A stretch of 64,000 bases of DNA from an uncultured Candidatus Poseidoniales archaeon (GTDB lineage: Archaea > Thermoplasmatota > Poseidoniia > Poseidoniales > Thalassarchaeaceae). Positions 1 to 9,940 of the stretch are shown in pieces. How positions within the stretch are numbered: the first letter of the stretch is position 1; the number at the start of each line of letters is the position of its first letter. The DNA is taken from positions 10,835-74,834 of the forward strand of contig CAYFID010000001.1 in assembly GCA_964343205.1 (NCBI GenBank). The letters are read 5' to 3'. The position numbers and the translations under genes are program-made. The notes below the pieces were generated by a model, which was not told the DNA's origin, did not search any database, and saw only the letters and a list, made by a program, of their open reading frames with translations.

Positions 1-2032
1 ATGTTCCGTTCATTGATCCCAATATCACCATCCCTTCGAGAGGTAAAACAGCGTGTACATCGTTTGCGCCTGTTAGTAGTCCGTCAATGTTCAGCATTCT
101 TTCACTGTTGAATGCCTCCATAGGTTGAGAAATTAGCAAATCCATGGTGACTTGGTGTAATCCCCCACCCATGCCTATCCATACATCGTCTGAACCCTGT
201 GCGGACTTCTCGACAACGATGGTGTTTACAGTTGCGGTTTTGGAAGAGTCGAGAATGTTCTGAGTGACAAAATCCTCTGCGTTGACCTTATCGAAAATCC
301 ACCATGGTTTTGCCGTGTCCTCGGATCCATCTGTTGTATTCCAACCAATTAGGCCGAAGTTAGTGCCTACGAACAATAGAGGGGTTCTTCCGAAGATCTT
401 GACGTGGGCAGCTGATGTTACCGAGGCATTGGACTTGGATAGTAGCGATGAAAGAGACTCAAGATGGATAAAGTTCGTATCGTCAATAATTGCTTCTTCG
501 CTCAATATCGTTTTCCAAGCACTCTGATCCCCCATAAGAAGAATATCTAAATCTATAGATTCTGACTGAAATACCATTATTTCCGAGATACTGCCGATGT
601 CCCTAGTTACCATGGACTCCATCACAGGTAACCCGTTTTCGAGAGGAATAGAGTGAAATCCAATATTTGACCCCAATAGAAGAAAAACCGAGCTTCCGAC
701 ATTTTGCCTGACCATTGTTTTCATCTCGATTCCCGGGGAGAGCTCGAATGAGGATGTAGTTCCCCTGAATGGATCCAGAACTGTGATTCCATATTTTGTG
801 CCGATCAGCAACCTCTCCCTAACTTGGTCAGAGATAATCGTGTGAACAGAAGAGTCGCCAAGTCTTATTGCCGTTGAGTGATCGAAGCTAATGAGTTCGC
901 TGTGACTAGACATCATTGCCCCCCTGACCCCAGGAATGACATGTCTAGAGTTATCGAAGTCTACCAAGAACTCCTCGAAGTTACTGAATGACTCGCCCCA
1001 TTGGGAAGTCCCAATGGTAACGTCTTGTGTAGTGAAACCGTCCCTATCGAAATCCCAACCATCAAAATCACTGTCGATGATTGCATCACTTGCATTTAAT
1101 GGATCAAGGCCATGGTGTGATTCCCAGCCATCTGGGATCCCATCGCCCAAAACTTCCAGGGGGGCGGGTGAAATCTCATCCCAGAAGAAAAAGTCAGAGT
1201 CGATGAATCTGGGGTCGCTTCCCATCCAGCCCGATAACCCGGTTGGTCTTTCAAACTGGGTTTGACAGGAGTCGTCTGTAAGTCCGTCAATTGTGCCCCA
1301 ACACCAAAGTCCATCCCGCTCAGTAATCCAATCATCCGGGGTCCCGAATAGATATTCCTCAGTGTTGGTGAACATTTCGCCGGTATCGATTATTCCGTCG
1401 CCGTTGAAGTCGAAGCCATCCCCGCAACCCCAGCTAAAGTCTGCTTCACATCTGTCGAAGTCAACGAAGGCATCACTAGCGTCCAATGGATCGAAATATC
1501 TGCATTCCCAGTAGTTATTGGGGTTCATCGGATCGTTTGGGTCCTTCGCGTATAATCCTCCAACTGTACACATATGAACTTCAAATCCATCTGGAATCCC
1601 GTCTCCGTCAGTATCGGCAACCCTAGGATCAAGGTATTCCCTCAGACCGGAATTTGTCTCTTCCGGGGCCTTCCCAGTTAGGCTATTTCTATCCTCGAAG
1701 CACTTGTCCAAAGTATAGGGCCAACAATACTCCTGTAGTGCTGTTAATCCATCTCTATCTAAATCGGTGATATTGTCGGTTGCATCCGATGGGTCGAGGC
1801 CATCTATTGCTTTCTGGAAAGTAGCATATTCAAGGTCCACTGGATTTCCAAATATTACTTCATAAAGGTCGGGAATTAGGTCTCCATCTTGGTCTGTAAC
1901 GGGGGATTCAGTTCCCTCAGCTAAATTAGGATCAGTGGATGAAACTGGCGACTGGGGGCGAGTTTGGGAAACAAACGCCAGGCTAGAAAGAACCAACAGA
2001 GAAACAAGCAAAGCTGTCTGTTTTCGACGCAT
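1..2032 (-). CDS. Partial large secreted protein (C-terminus lies beyond the window edge). Signal peptide followed by thrombospondin-type-3-like Ca-binding Asp repeats (DxDxDG).
   Basis: The reverse-strand frame is open from the ATG at 2032..2030 to position 1; the last codons were checked by hand and read ..HAVLPLEGMVILGSMNGT. The N-terminus MRRKQTALLVSLLVLSSLAFVSQ is signal-like. Repeats such as DQDGDLIPDLYE, DTDGDGIPDGFE and NGDGIIDTGE resemble those of the 2991-aa protein. The ORF track misses it because it is truncated by the window. Confidence 0.6.
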   Translation of the reverse strand, partial: MRRKQTALLVSLLVLSSLAFVSQTRPQSPVSSTDPNLAEGTESPVTDQDGDLIPDLYEVIFGNPVDLEYATFQKAIDGLDPSDATDNITDLDRDGLTALQEYCWPYTLDKCFEDRNSLTGKAPEETNSGLREYLDPRVADTDGDGIPDGFEVHMCTVGGLYAKDPNDPMNPNNYWECRYFDPLDASDAFVDFDRCEADFSWGCGDGFDFNGDGIIDTGEMFTNTEEYLFGTPDDWITERDGLWCWGTIDGLTDDSCQTQFERPTGLSGWMGSDPRFIDSDFFFWDEISPAPLEVLGDGIPDGWESHHGLDPLNASDAIIDSDFDGWDFDRDGFTTQDVTIGTSQWGESFSNFEEFLVDFDNSRHVIPGVRGAMMSSHSELISFDHSTAIRLGDSSVHTIISDQVRERLLIGTKYGITVLDPFRGTTSSFELSPGIEMKTMVRQNVGSSVFLLLGSNIGFHSIPLENGLPVMESMVTRDIGSISEIMVFQSESIDLDILLMGDQSAWKTILSEEAIIDDTNFIHLESLSSLLSKSNASVTSAAHVKIFGRTPLLFVGTNFGLIGWNTTDGSEDTAKPWWIFDKVNAEDFVTQNILDSSKTATVNTIVVEKSAQGSDDVWIGMGGGLHQVTMDLLISQPMEAFNSERMLNIDGLLTGANDVHAVLPLEGMVILGSMNGT

Positions 2033-2205
2033 TCGCACACCGTATTGCAATTTTCTCGTCTTGATGGATTTATCATGCTGATGGAGCGCCGTTCGGACAT
2101 AGATCTTTGTACCAATGTCCGAGAGTCACGCGTTATAAGAAAATCACTATAATTGGGGTCAAGATTATGGATTGTTTCAAAGGGTGTTTAGATTCGGGTT
2201 TTGTC

Positions 2206-3012
2206 ATGAGTCTGGGGATTACGCATCTTGGTTCGGGAAGCAGGGGCAATGCAACTCTAATCACTTCGGATGATTGCAATGTTCTAGTCGATTGCGGATT
2301 CAGCCTTAGACAGACAGAGAAGCGGTTGAAAATAGCAGATGTCGAACCAAAATCAGTTGATTCAATAGTAGTGACACATCATCACAAAGATCACTCGGGT
2401 TCTGCACTTCAAGCCTCTAAGAAATGGGGAGCTACACTTCACTGTAACCTAGGAACCGCCAAAAGAATGGATTGGAGGCCGATTGAAGAGTGTACTACAT
2501 TCGGAAATCTTGAGAGGGTAGAGTTCTCATCCAAGATGAGCATGCTAGCAATTCCAGTACCACATGATGATGCGGACAATGTGGCTTTAATTGCGAGCGA
2601 TGGAGGAGGCAATAGAGCTGCAATTGTGACAGATTTAGGTGAAGCGCCCAAGGATTTAATCACTCATCTTTCAAGTTGCAACCATATTTCCATAGAGGCA
2701 AATTATGACCATTCAAGATTGATGGGGGGCCCATATCCTGATTCCTTGAAAAGGAGGATCTCCGGTAGAGGGGGGCATCTCTCAAATGCTCAGACGGGGA
2801 GGATTCTTCGTGAGGTCTGCAATCGGGATCTGCAAAGTTTGGTACTCTGCCATCTATCAGAAAAGAACAACGCCCCTCATTTAGCAGAAAGCGAGGTCCT
2901 GCATGCAATTGGCGATGCATTCGAAGGTAACGTATCGATTTCTAAGCAATCAGGACCGGAGTTCAGATACTGGACCGGACAGACAGAGCCCAGCAGCATG
3001 GCGACTGCATGA
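2206..3012 (+). CDS. Metallo-beta-lactamase fold hydrolase
   Basis: HxHxDH motif VVTHHHKDHSG and an N-terminal GSGSRGNATLI..VDCG beta-lactamase-fold signature. The start was moved to the internal ATG at 2206 (MSLGITHLG); the upstream 33 codons of the ORF lack homology features. Confidence 0.75.
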   Translation: MSLGITHLGSGSRGNATLITSDDCNVLVDCGFSLRQTEKRLKIADVEPKSVDSIVVTHHHKDHSGSALQASKKWGATLHCNLGTAKRMDWRPIEECTTFGNLERVEFSSKMSMLAIPVPHDDADNVALIASDGGGNRAAIVTDLGEAPKDLITHLSSCNHISIEANYDHSRLMGGPYPDSLKRRISGRGGHLSNAQTGRILREVCNRDLQSLVLCHLSEKNNAPHLAESEVLHAIGDAFEGNVSISKQSGPEFRYWTGQTEPSSMATA

Positions 3013-5550
3013 TTACTTTCCCATTACTGCCCTATGAACCGAATTCTGGACTTCCCTCATTCTTCCAACGGCCCCCAGATCCCTAAATAATGACAAGGAT
3101 CTCTGAAGGTAGTTCATTCTCTGTGAACGATCGGATTCAACCTCTCCTAGCCTCGCCAGAAGCTCTCCCTGTAGCATCCGGAAGTCATTTGACTCAGCGA
3201 CTGCGAGCCCGTTAAGGTAATGCTCAGCGGCTTCGTCCCTCCTGCCAGCATCGATAAGGACCTGGCCCAAGAGCATCTCCACCTCTACTGCACTTTGGGG
3301 GTCATTTAAGTCGGACAGGGTTTCGAGAGCACCCGAATAGTGAAGAAGAGCAAGATCATTGTCGGAGACCTTAGCGTAATATCTCCCCAGAACAGCCCGT
3401 GATCTGGCATGTAAGAAATCCTGATCGGAGTCCTTGGTGTTCTCATAAGAAAATAGTGCATGCTCCCTAGCCCTGTCAAACTCTCCCATTTCGATGAATG
3501 CAGAGGCAAGTCTGATCCTTTCTTCATTTAGCTCTGGGACTTGTTCTTTTTCTAGAAGATCCTCCACATTTCCATAAACTTCGAGGGCTCGGCGCAAGTC
3601 TTTCCTCCTGCGGAAAATACTCCCCATGTTGTTGTAACTTCTAGCCGCACCAACGGCATCCCTGATGTCAATCTGAATTTTCAGAGCATTTCTATGTAGT
3701 TCTAGAGCATCCTCCATAGCACCACGCTTGACGGCGATATCCGCTCTAGCAGTCAAGAGGCGTGCAAGCTCACTACTTGGCTCTCTTCCTCCGAGGTGCT
3801 TGGTTGCAGAGTCGTACTCTTGCTCCGCCTCATCCCACCTTCCCTGTATGGTCAGGATATCCCCCCTTAGTTCCCTAATCAGACCCCAGCTTCTAGAGTC
3901 AAAATCAGCGCTTTCTAGTGAGTTGAGAATGGAAAGAAGTTCTGTGTGGCCCGAACTGATCAGGCCATGGCCCTCCGTTAGCAATACCTCGGCAAGGCCC
4001 TCTTCGTCACCAGTGTTCTTCAGGTGGTGGATGAATTCAATCCTATCTGCTGCGCTACCCTTCCTACCCCTATACCAATTTACAGCAGCGGAATGGAGAT
4101 CAATCTTCATGCCATCATCCATTGAGCGCATTAAGAATTCGCGGACCAAATCGTGGACGTCGAAATTGTCTGCGTCAGATTGACGCGCCAGGCCCTTCTC
4201 GACCAATTCGTCAAGAAGGTCGATTCCTCCTTCCACCTGTTGAATGGCTTGGATAGGAACTGGCTCACGGAATACCGCGATTGCACCAAGAAGTCTTTTC
4301 TCGGATCCGGAGAGTCTACTGAAAATCTCCTTTTCAACGAATGCTTCTAGGGTTGCGTGGAAGGTCTCTGCTACGTTCCCCCTGTTGATAAGTTCCAGAA
4401 TTAATGGATGGCCTCTGGAAAGCGAGTAAATATGAGAAAACTGATCTGTGTCCATTTTAGGCATTGCAGTTAGAATTTGTCTACTCGACGCTTCGTCTAG
4501 GCCCTGCAGAGGCATCACCAGTGTCACGATATTTCCAGATTGGTCTGATTCTGGGACAACCATCCTGAATGATCTTGAGAACATCACAAGTCCTACTTGC
4601 TTTAGATTGTGAATCCTGAGAGTTAGTTCCTTTAGAATTGAGTATAGGGTTTCGTCGCCCACCTTGTGTAAGTCGTCAATAACTATCAGAGAAGGGGATT
4701 CGGAGAGTCCGGCCTCAATCAGATTTACTGCCATGCTAGTCTGAGGAACTGCTGTTGAAGCTAGGTAGTCGGACAAGTCGTTGTGCCCGATTGAGGAAAG
4801 CCATTCCGCACATGCCTCCAGGAACGCCCTGGACCCCTCCCAATCCTGGCACCTATGGTAGATAAGGTTCCTTCTGTGAGTGAACCGGTCTAGAATTTTG
4901 GTCGATAGAGAAGTCTTCCCAATTCCAGCTATCCCTGGAACAAGGATGGAGGCAGACTTGGCATCAAGTAGATTGGCCATAATATCTAATTCCTCTTCTC
5001 TACCATAGAAGCGACGTGACCTGGGGAGGTCGTTCAAGTAAGACACTAGTTGCTTTTCAATGTGTTTTGATAGGTCTCTCTCAATCAACTCAGAAGTGAG
5101 TCCGGACAGGTCAATTGTTCCCGAATCTTCCATGTACCGCAGCATGTCGACGTGCCTTAGGGGGAGTTCTACTTCCTCTAATGCCTCAGAGAGGGTCATG
5201 GTCTCGGAACGCCCATCTGGATGAATAATCCTCACGGTACTCTCTGAGACTCGTGTCCAAATTTCATCTGCTACCTTTGCCCCTTCCTCTGTTAAGAAAT
5301 ATGCCTTTCTCTTCCTAGAAACACCAGTGACGTGTACCTGTCTTTCGATTAGTTGGCCTGCCTCCTTCATTCCTGAAATTGCCCTAGGAACGTTGGACCT
5401 TGCAATGGATACGGCATTTGCTATCCCCATCTGCGACAATGCAAAGGGGACCTCAACCTTGTCGCTATGATCGATATAATCGCTTAGATGAAGAAATATC
5501 CTCTCCTGAACACCCGGACGCGATGCCGCCATGGTAGCCATGTCACTCAA
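3013..5550 (-). CDS. STAND-type signal-transduction NTPase: N-terminal winged helix-turn-helix, central P-loop ATPase (archaeal ATPase/AAA_16-like), C-terminal TPR array
   Basis: Walker A LVPGIAGIGKTSLS and Walker B LIVIDDLHKV. The N-terminal roughly 100 aa is a MarR/TrmB-like wHTH. The C-terminal 350 aa is a TPR-like helical repeat region with repeated A..Y..G/A..L patterns. Confidence 0.7.
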   Translation of the reverse strand: MSDMATMAASRPGVQERIFLHLSDYIDHSDKVEVPFALSQMGIANAVSIARSNVPRAISGMKEAGQLIERQVHVTGVSRKRKAYFLTEEGAKVADEIWTRVSESTVRIIHPDGRSETMTLSEALEEVELPLRHVDMLRYMEDSGTIDLSGLTSELIERDLSKHIEKQLVSYLNDLPRSRRFYGREEELDIMANLLDAKSASILVPGIAGIGKTSLSTKILDRFTHRRNLIYHRCQDWEGSRAFLEACAEWLSSIGHNDLSDYLASTAVPQTSMAVNLIEAGLSESPSLIVIDDLHKVGDETLYSILKELTLRIHNLKQVGLVMFSRSFRMVVPESDQSGNIVTLVMPLQGLDEASSRQILTAMPKMDTDQFSHIYSLSRGHPLILELINRGNVAETFHATLEAFVEKEIFSRLSGSEKRLLGAIAVFREPVPIQAIQQVEGGIDLLDELVEKGLARQSDADNFDVHDLVREFLMRSMDDGMKIDLHSAAVNWYRGRKGSAADRIEFIHHLKNTGDEEGLAEVLLTEGHGLISSGHTELLSILNSLESADFDSRSWGLIRELRGDILTIQGRWDEAEQEYDSATKHLGGREPSSELARLLTARADIAVKRGAMEDALELHRNALKIQIDIRDAVGAARSYNNMGSIFRRRKDLRRALEVYGNVEDLLEKEQVPELNEERIRLASAFIEMGEFDRAREHALFSYENTKDSDQDFLHARSRAVLGRYYAKVSDNDLALLHYSGALETLSDLNDPQSAVEVEMLLGQVLIDAGRRDEAAEHYLNGLAVAESNDFRMLQGELLARLGEVESDRSQRMNYLQRSLSLFRDLGAVGRMREVQNSVHRAVMGK

Positions 5551-5593
5551 CCCTCAGGCCCACTCAATAATGTTAGTAGCATCTGGCAGCAAA

Positions 5594-8500
5594 TCATTCT
5601 TGGAAATCGGGATCCGGTACCCATTCCTCCGTGGAAGAGTCCCAAAGCCACCCCGGATGGTCATCATACTTCTCAAGACTAGTTTCTTTCTCAATATTAT
5701 CCCCGTACCCTTCTGGGATCTCCACAGGAGTCTTCCGTAAGTCCTCATCCTCGATTTCGATTCCTACGAAACCGCTGAAGTAGGCTAGAGCGGTAAGAGC
5801 GAGGACTGCTGAGAATGCTAAAACAATGATCATCGACCAGTTAGTGGAAGAATCCACTGGTTCTCCCTTGCTAATTGATTCGACGGTGGTTGTCTGGCCG
5901 CCATATGTGAATTGGGGAGTTGAAGAGTCTCCCTTAATCCTTGATCCTGGAATACCCAACTCCCATGTTCCGTCTTCTAATACAAGGGTAGTAGCGACTG
6001 GGACGCCTCCGATTGATACCGTGACCTGCTTTCCAGGCAGTCCTACGCCGGAGTAGATGGCATATTCTTCTTCATCAAACCAATTCTTTTCGGGTTCCTG
6101 GATGTAGAACTCAAGAGGAACTACGCGAAATGTCACAGGGTCAGAGTTTGCCCTAGAGTCCCATGCATCTGTGGCAATGAAAATTACATTGTTAAGTGTC
6201 CATGACTCGATATTATCGTCGAAGAACTGCATGTCAGCTGGATCGTATCGTGCTACCCCATCAGTTCCTACACCGACAACCAGGGCATGGCGGTCGTCAG
6301 TGTTAATCGATGTGTCATTGTAAACAGAGATAAACTGGATGTCATTATCCAAATCAGAGAAGAAATCCTTTAGATCTATCTCAACAGTTGTACACTTGTC
6401 TACGGAATTTGACTCTGTGTCGCAATATAGTATAATTTCGTTTTCCCAGCCTGTTGAGTCGAATGTCGGTTGGTTATTTCCTGCGTTGGGTGGATTGTCT
6501 GCGGTAATTGTTACCTCCACCCAGCCACTGAAGTCTATCCCATCGTAGGATCTGAACCTTAGCAGATACTCAGCATCATGGCGTAACTCAGTAGTGTCCC
6601 ATTTCATTTCCCATTCGCCGTCTTGGGTGAACTCACCAATGCTCTGCTCGAATACTGTCACGTAGTCGTTTGAGACATCCTTGACTTCTAGATCGACCCT
6701 AGTAACGATCCCGTCGAAATCCCTCGCAACACCTTGCAATATGGTTTCAGTAGACGTAGAAATTCTGGTTCCGGAGTATGGTTGGTTGACGCTGATTGTG
6801 GGTTGACTGTTCCGGTTGTCTATGGTCAAAGTGAGTATGACGGGTTGGCACTCATCCGTGAATCCGTTGCAAAAGTCTGAGTCGGATGCCCAGATTGTGA
6901 ACGTGTATGTCGATAGGTCTCTGGGCCTAGATCCGAAGTCCCACGTCCATTCCCAAGTTCCGTCCTCGTTCGACTCAACTGGAGTGGTAACCTGGTAGTT
7001 CGGGCCCTCAATCAACATATACACCAAACCGATGTCTTTGTTGCATTCAGATGGGCAACCATATGGGTCCTGAGCATATCCTTCGAAAACCACTTCGCCG
7101 CTGTCGTGAGAAGAGAATGAGCTGGGTGAATTGACGAAAATACTTGGAGGCTGGGTGTTGAGTTTTATTGTCCTCGACACCACTGGACTGAAGTCTATCC
7201 CATCGTAGGATCTGAACTCAAAGGTATAGTCCCCTTCCCCTGCCAAACCGGTTAGATCTATTTCATAATACCATGTTCGGAAAGGTCGGTTGTGCCTAGT
7301 TACCTCTCCCTCGGAAGCACCGCTAGTGTCGATAGCAAGCTCTGCGTCCTCCCAAGAGCTTGTGAACGGGTTCTTCACTTGCACGGAGTGAACGTACCCT
7401 CCTTGGTCCCACTGAGCCAACTCGTCTGTGGCATAGCTGTTTGCCAACTGACCGTCATGGGCACTACCGGTGATGTTTACAACACGCCGGAAGGAGTGAC
7501 CATTATCTTGAGTAACCATCACCTTCGGTGCTACGTTCTCCAAGTGTGCAGTTTCCTGCAAAGAGGCCTCTTCTAGGGTGAATTCGCCATTATAGTACCC
7601 ATAACCGAACCTATAGGCAGTGTACCTGTAGAGGGACATCTCCCTGGTCCCAGCCGAGTAGTCGCAGCTTGGATCATTGGTGTCAATGACCAAATCTCCG
7701 TCATTGTCTATCCCATCAGAGCATGAGTCTTCGTACTCATCATCAGCGAATCCATCAGGATTGTCTCCGCCTCCGAGACCTCTGAAGTCAAGATGGAAGT
7801 TTGATGGTAGAGCAATCCAAGGAGTGAAGCCATCAGTTCCAGTGTTTACTCGGTACAGGTCGTTCCCCATAGCGTCCTCTACCAGTACCATAGCATCGCT
7901 TACCTTTTCACCGTTTATCAGAGCTTGAAATCTAACCAGCTCCGCCCTACTGACCTGGACGGCGAAGTGGGTGGGCTGAGTAGCAATCTTGACCTTTGAA
8001 AGATCAAGGTTAGTTAGGTCTGCGAAAGTGAACACTGTGGAGTTGTTATCCATGCTAACACCAAGAGGGAAGTTTCTGGGAGTCATGTTTTGACAATTGT
8101 TGCAGTCCTTAACCGGAGTGGGGATAATCGCCCCTTGGAAACCGTTCTCAGGCCATGCCTCTTGGTCTGGCCAATAAAGACGAACGGGATATTCTCCCGA
8201 CGGTGGAGAGGGTATGTACTCAGATTGGGCCGTTACTGAGCTCTTGGTGATGTTGTAAGTTGTCTCGACTTGGTGCCAGTCATTATCTGAGAAGTACCCC
8301 AGAGAGCCAAATTGCTGGGAATCTGAGTAACCGCTGTCATAATTCTTGATTACTGCTCCGGTCTTCGGGACGTCAAAGGAGTTTCTCTGTATATCGAGAA
8401 GAGACCCGATGGCCCTTATACCATCTGAACTTCCGCTAGCTGTAATGACATTGTCATACATTGTTACCCCCGTGACGTAGGCATGAACAACTGGACACGG

Positions 8501-9862
8501 GAATTGCCCGCCCCAGTGAGTATTGCTGTTGCAAGTCCCAGTTCCGTCATATGAAATGGAGTTGTTTGCTAGTAATACCCTCGATGCAGATCTCATCCCT
8601 CCACCAGAGTAATACCCTGCACTCACGGGAGTTAGGGTTGTCTCGAAAATTGAGTTGTTCTCTGCAACAACATCGAATGAGCCCACGAGCCAAAGTCCGA
8701 AGTAGCCGCCTACAGGCCCGATCGCGTTTTCGTGAATTTGTGCCTCGCTGTTGTAAATAACGATGCCTGACCCCCCACCAGCGCCTTCAATGTCGTTGTT
8801 CATCAGAGTAACTAATGCTCCTGCCGCTGCGTAAATACCATGACCCTCTACGGTTGTGATTTCGTTGTTGGAGACATCGAAACCGAAAGATGTCGAGCCT
8901 ACGGCCTTCTTTCCGTTGAAGTCCAAGCCGTTGCAGTTGACGTTCATCACAGTGTTTGTTACACTCCCTGCTGACGTCCAGAGGCCTATTCCGAAGTCTC
9001 CAGATAAGATCTCGGCGTTATCAATCTCTATGAAAGAGTCCTCGGCCCAAATCGTGGCCCTTCCACCATCACGATTACCGCATCCATTATCTGTCCCAGT
9101 TAATGTGATGTCGGATAGCAAGAATGGGCTAACTGAAGAGCCAGATGAGTAGATTTGTAGTGCTGCTCCAACTATGCTTCTACTCTCATCCACCCCAACG
9201 GCGAATTGGCCTCCATTGAATGTCGGCTGGGCTAGATTAGTTGTTAGCACGCTTGAAGTGTTTACCTGGCTGAAAGATAACTCGGTGAGAGTGGGGCTAG
9301 CCCCGTCAAGAACGAGTGCCGCGTAGCGGAACTCCCCTACTGCTGAGATGTAATGCGGAACTCCCCACGCACCCTCGAACGAAACGTACCTCAACTCAGT
9401 CTGGGACAGATCGATGGAGCTCCTCATTAGAATGCCCTCATTGCAGGAAGGATCATCGATCCAAATCTCCTGATTGCCATAGCTCATCCCATAGCATTCC
9501 CCTGTTGCACTTCCGTTCTCAGGGTCCTGCCATGTTAGAGTGATTTGCATCGCAGGGCCCCCGTTGGAGGAGGCGCCACAAGATGAGGCCCCGGCACAAA
9601 GGCTCCCGCGAACATCAAGGTGAGTCCCGTTCTGGAAGACAATAGTTGCTCCGGGATTGATGATCAGCTTAGCCCCGGGTGCAACAGTTACGTCGCCCGA
9701 GAGGGTGTGGACTCCGGCCCAGGTTTCTGTTCCGGTAATGGTGCCCTGGGTGGTTTCGTTTGAAGCAATGGCCGTGCCGGCGGGCAAAGCAAGCGAGAGT
9801 AAAATACTGAGCAAAAATAATGCCGTCAATGAAAGGGACCTTGGTCTTCCGTCCCGCGCCAT
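5594..9862 (-). CDS. Cell-surface protein with a right-handed parallel beta-helix (pectin-lyase-fold) region and Ig-like domains. Signal peptide plus C-terminal TM anchor with an acidic tail.
   Basis: Signal MARDGRPRSLSLTALFLLSILLSLALPAGTAIA; the start is probably the ATG at 9862 rather than the ORF start at 9913. Beta-helix repeat signatures NNSI, NNDIEG and GIVIYNSEAQIHENAIG. C-terminal TM MIIVLAFSAVLALTALAYFSGFV followed by an acidic tail. Confidence 0.7.
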   Translation of the reverse strand: MARDGRPRSLSLTALFLLSILLSLALPAGTAIASNETTQGTITGTETWAGVHTLSGDVTVAPGAKLIINPGATIVFQNGTHLDVRGSLCAGASSCGASSNGGPAMQITLTWQDPENGSATGECYGMSYGNQEIWIDDPSCNEGILMRSSIDLSQTELRYVSFEGAWGVPHYISAVGEFRYAALVLDGASPTLTELSFSQVNTSSVLTTNLAQPTFNGGQFAVGVDESRSIVGAALQIYSSGSSVSPFLLSDITLTGTDNGCGNRDGGRATIWAEDSFIEIDNAEILSGDFGIGLWTSAGSVTNTVMNVNCNGLDFNGKKAVGSTSFGFDVSNNEITTVEGHGIYAAAGALVTLMNNDIEGAGGGSGIVIYNSEAQIHENAIGPVGGYFGLWLVGSFDVVAENNSIFETTLTPVSAGYYSGGGMRSASRVLLANNSISYDGTGTCNSNTHWGGQFPCPVVHAYVTGVTMYDNVITASGSSDGIRAIGSLLDIQRNSFDVPKTGAVIKNYDSGYSDSQQFGSLGYFSDNDWHQVETTYNITKSSVTAQSEYIPSPPSGEYPVRLYWPDQEAWPENGFQGAIIPTPVKDCNNCQNMTPRNFPLGVSMDNNSTVFTFADLTNLDLSKVKIATQPTHFAVQVSRAELVRFQALINGEKVSDAMVLVEDAMGNDLYRVNTGTDGFTPWIALPSNFHLDFRGLGGGDNPDGFADDEYEDSCSDGIDNDGDLVIDTNDPSCDYSAGTREMSLYRYTAYRFGYGYYNGEFTLEEASLQETAHLENVAPKVMVTQDNGHSFRRVVNITGSAHDGQLANSYATDELAQWDQGGYVHSVQVKNPFTSSWEDAELAIDTSGASEGEVTRHNRPFRTWYYEIDLTGLAGEGDYTFEFRSYDGIDFSPVVSRTIKLNTQPPSIFVNSPSSFSSHDSGEVVFEGYAQDPYGCPSECNKDIGLVYMLIEGPNYQVTTPVESNEDGTWEWTWDFGSRPRDLSTYTFTIWASDSDFCNGFTDECQPVILTLTIDNRNSQPTISVNQPYSGTRISTSTETILQGVARDFDGIVTRVDLEVKDVSNDYVTVFEQSIGEFTQDGEWEMKWDTTELRHDAEYLLRFRSYDGIDFSGWVEVTITADNPPNAGNNQPTFDSTGWENEIILYCDTESNSVDKCTTVEIDLKDFFSDLDNDIQFISVYNDTSINTDDRHALVVGVGTDGVARYDPADMQFFDDNIESWTLNNVIFIATDAWDSRANSDPVTFRVVPLEFYIQEPEKNWFDEEEYAIYSGVGLPGKQVTVSIGGVPVATTLVLEDGTWELGIPGSRIKGDSSTPQFTYGGQTTTVESISKGEPVDSSTNWSMIIVLAFSAVLALTALAYFSGFVGIEIEDEDLRKTPVEIPEGYGDNIEKETSLEKYDDHPGWLWDSSTEEWVPDPDFQE

Positions 9863-9940
9863 ATGCCTTGGACTCCATCCAGCCAATTTAACCATAGGGA
9901 CGACGAGTATCATCCTTAAGCATAGATTTCGATAGGAAAA

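Noticed and set aside
3013-5550. STAND NTPase as an antiviral Avs-type defence gene
   Set aside because: The N-terminal domain is a small wHTH rather than a nuclease/protease effector, and no other defence genes (restriction-modification, Cas, toxin-antitoxin) are nearby. A regulatory role is more parsimonious; it is kept only as an alternative in the findings.
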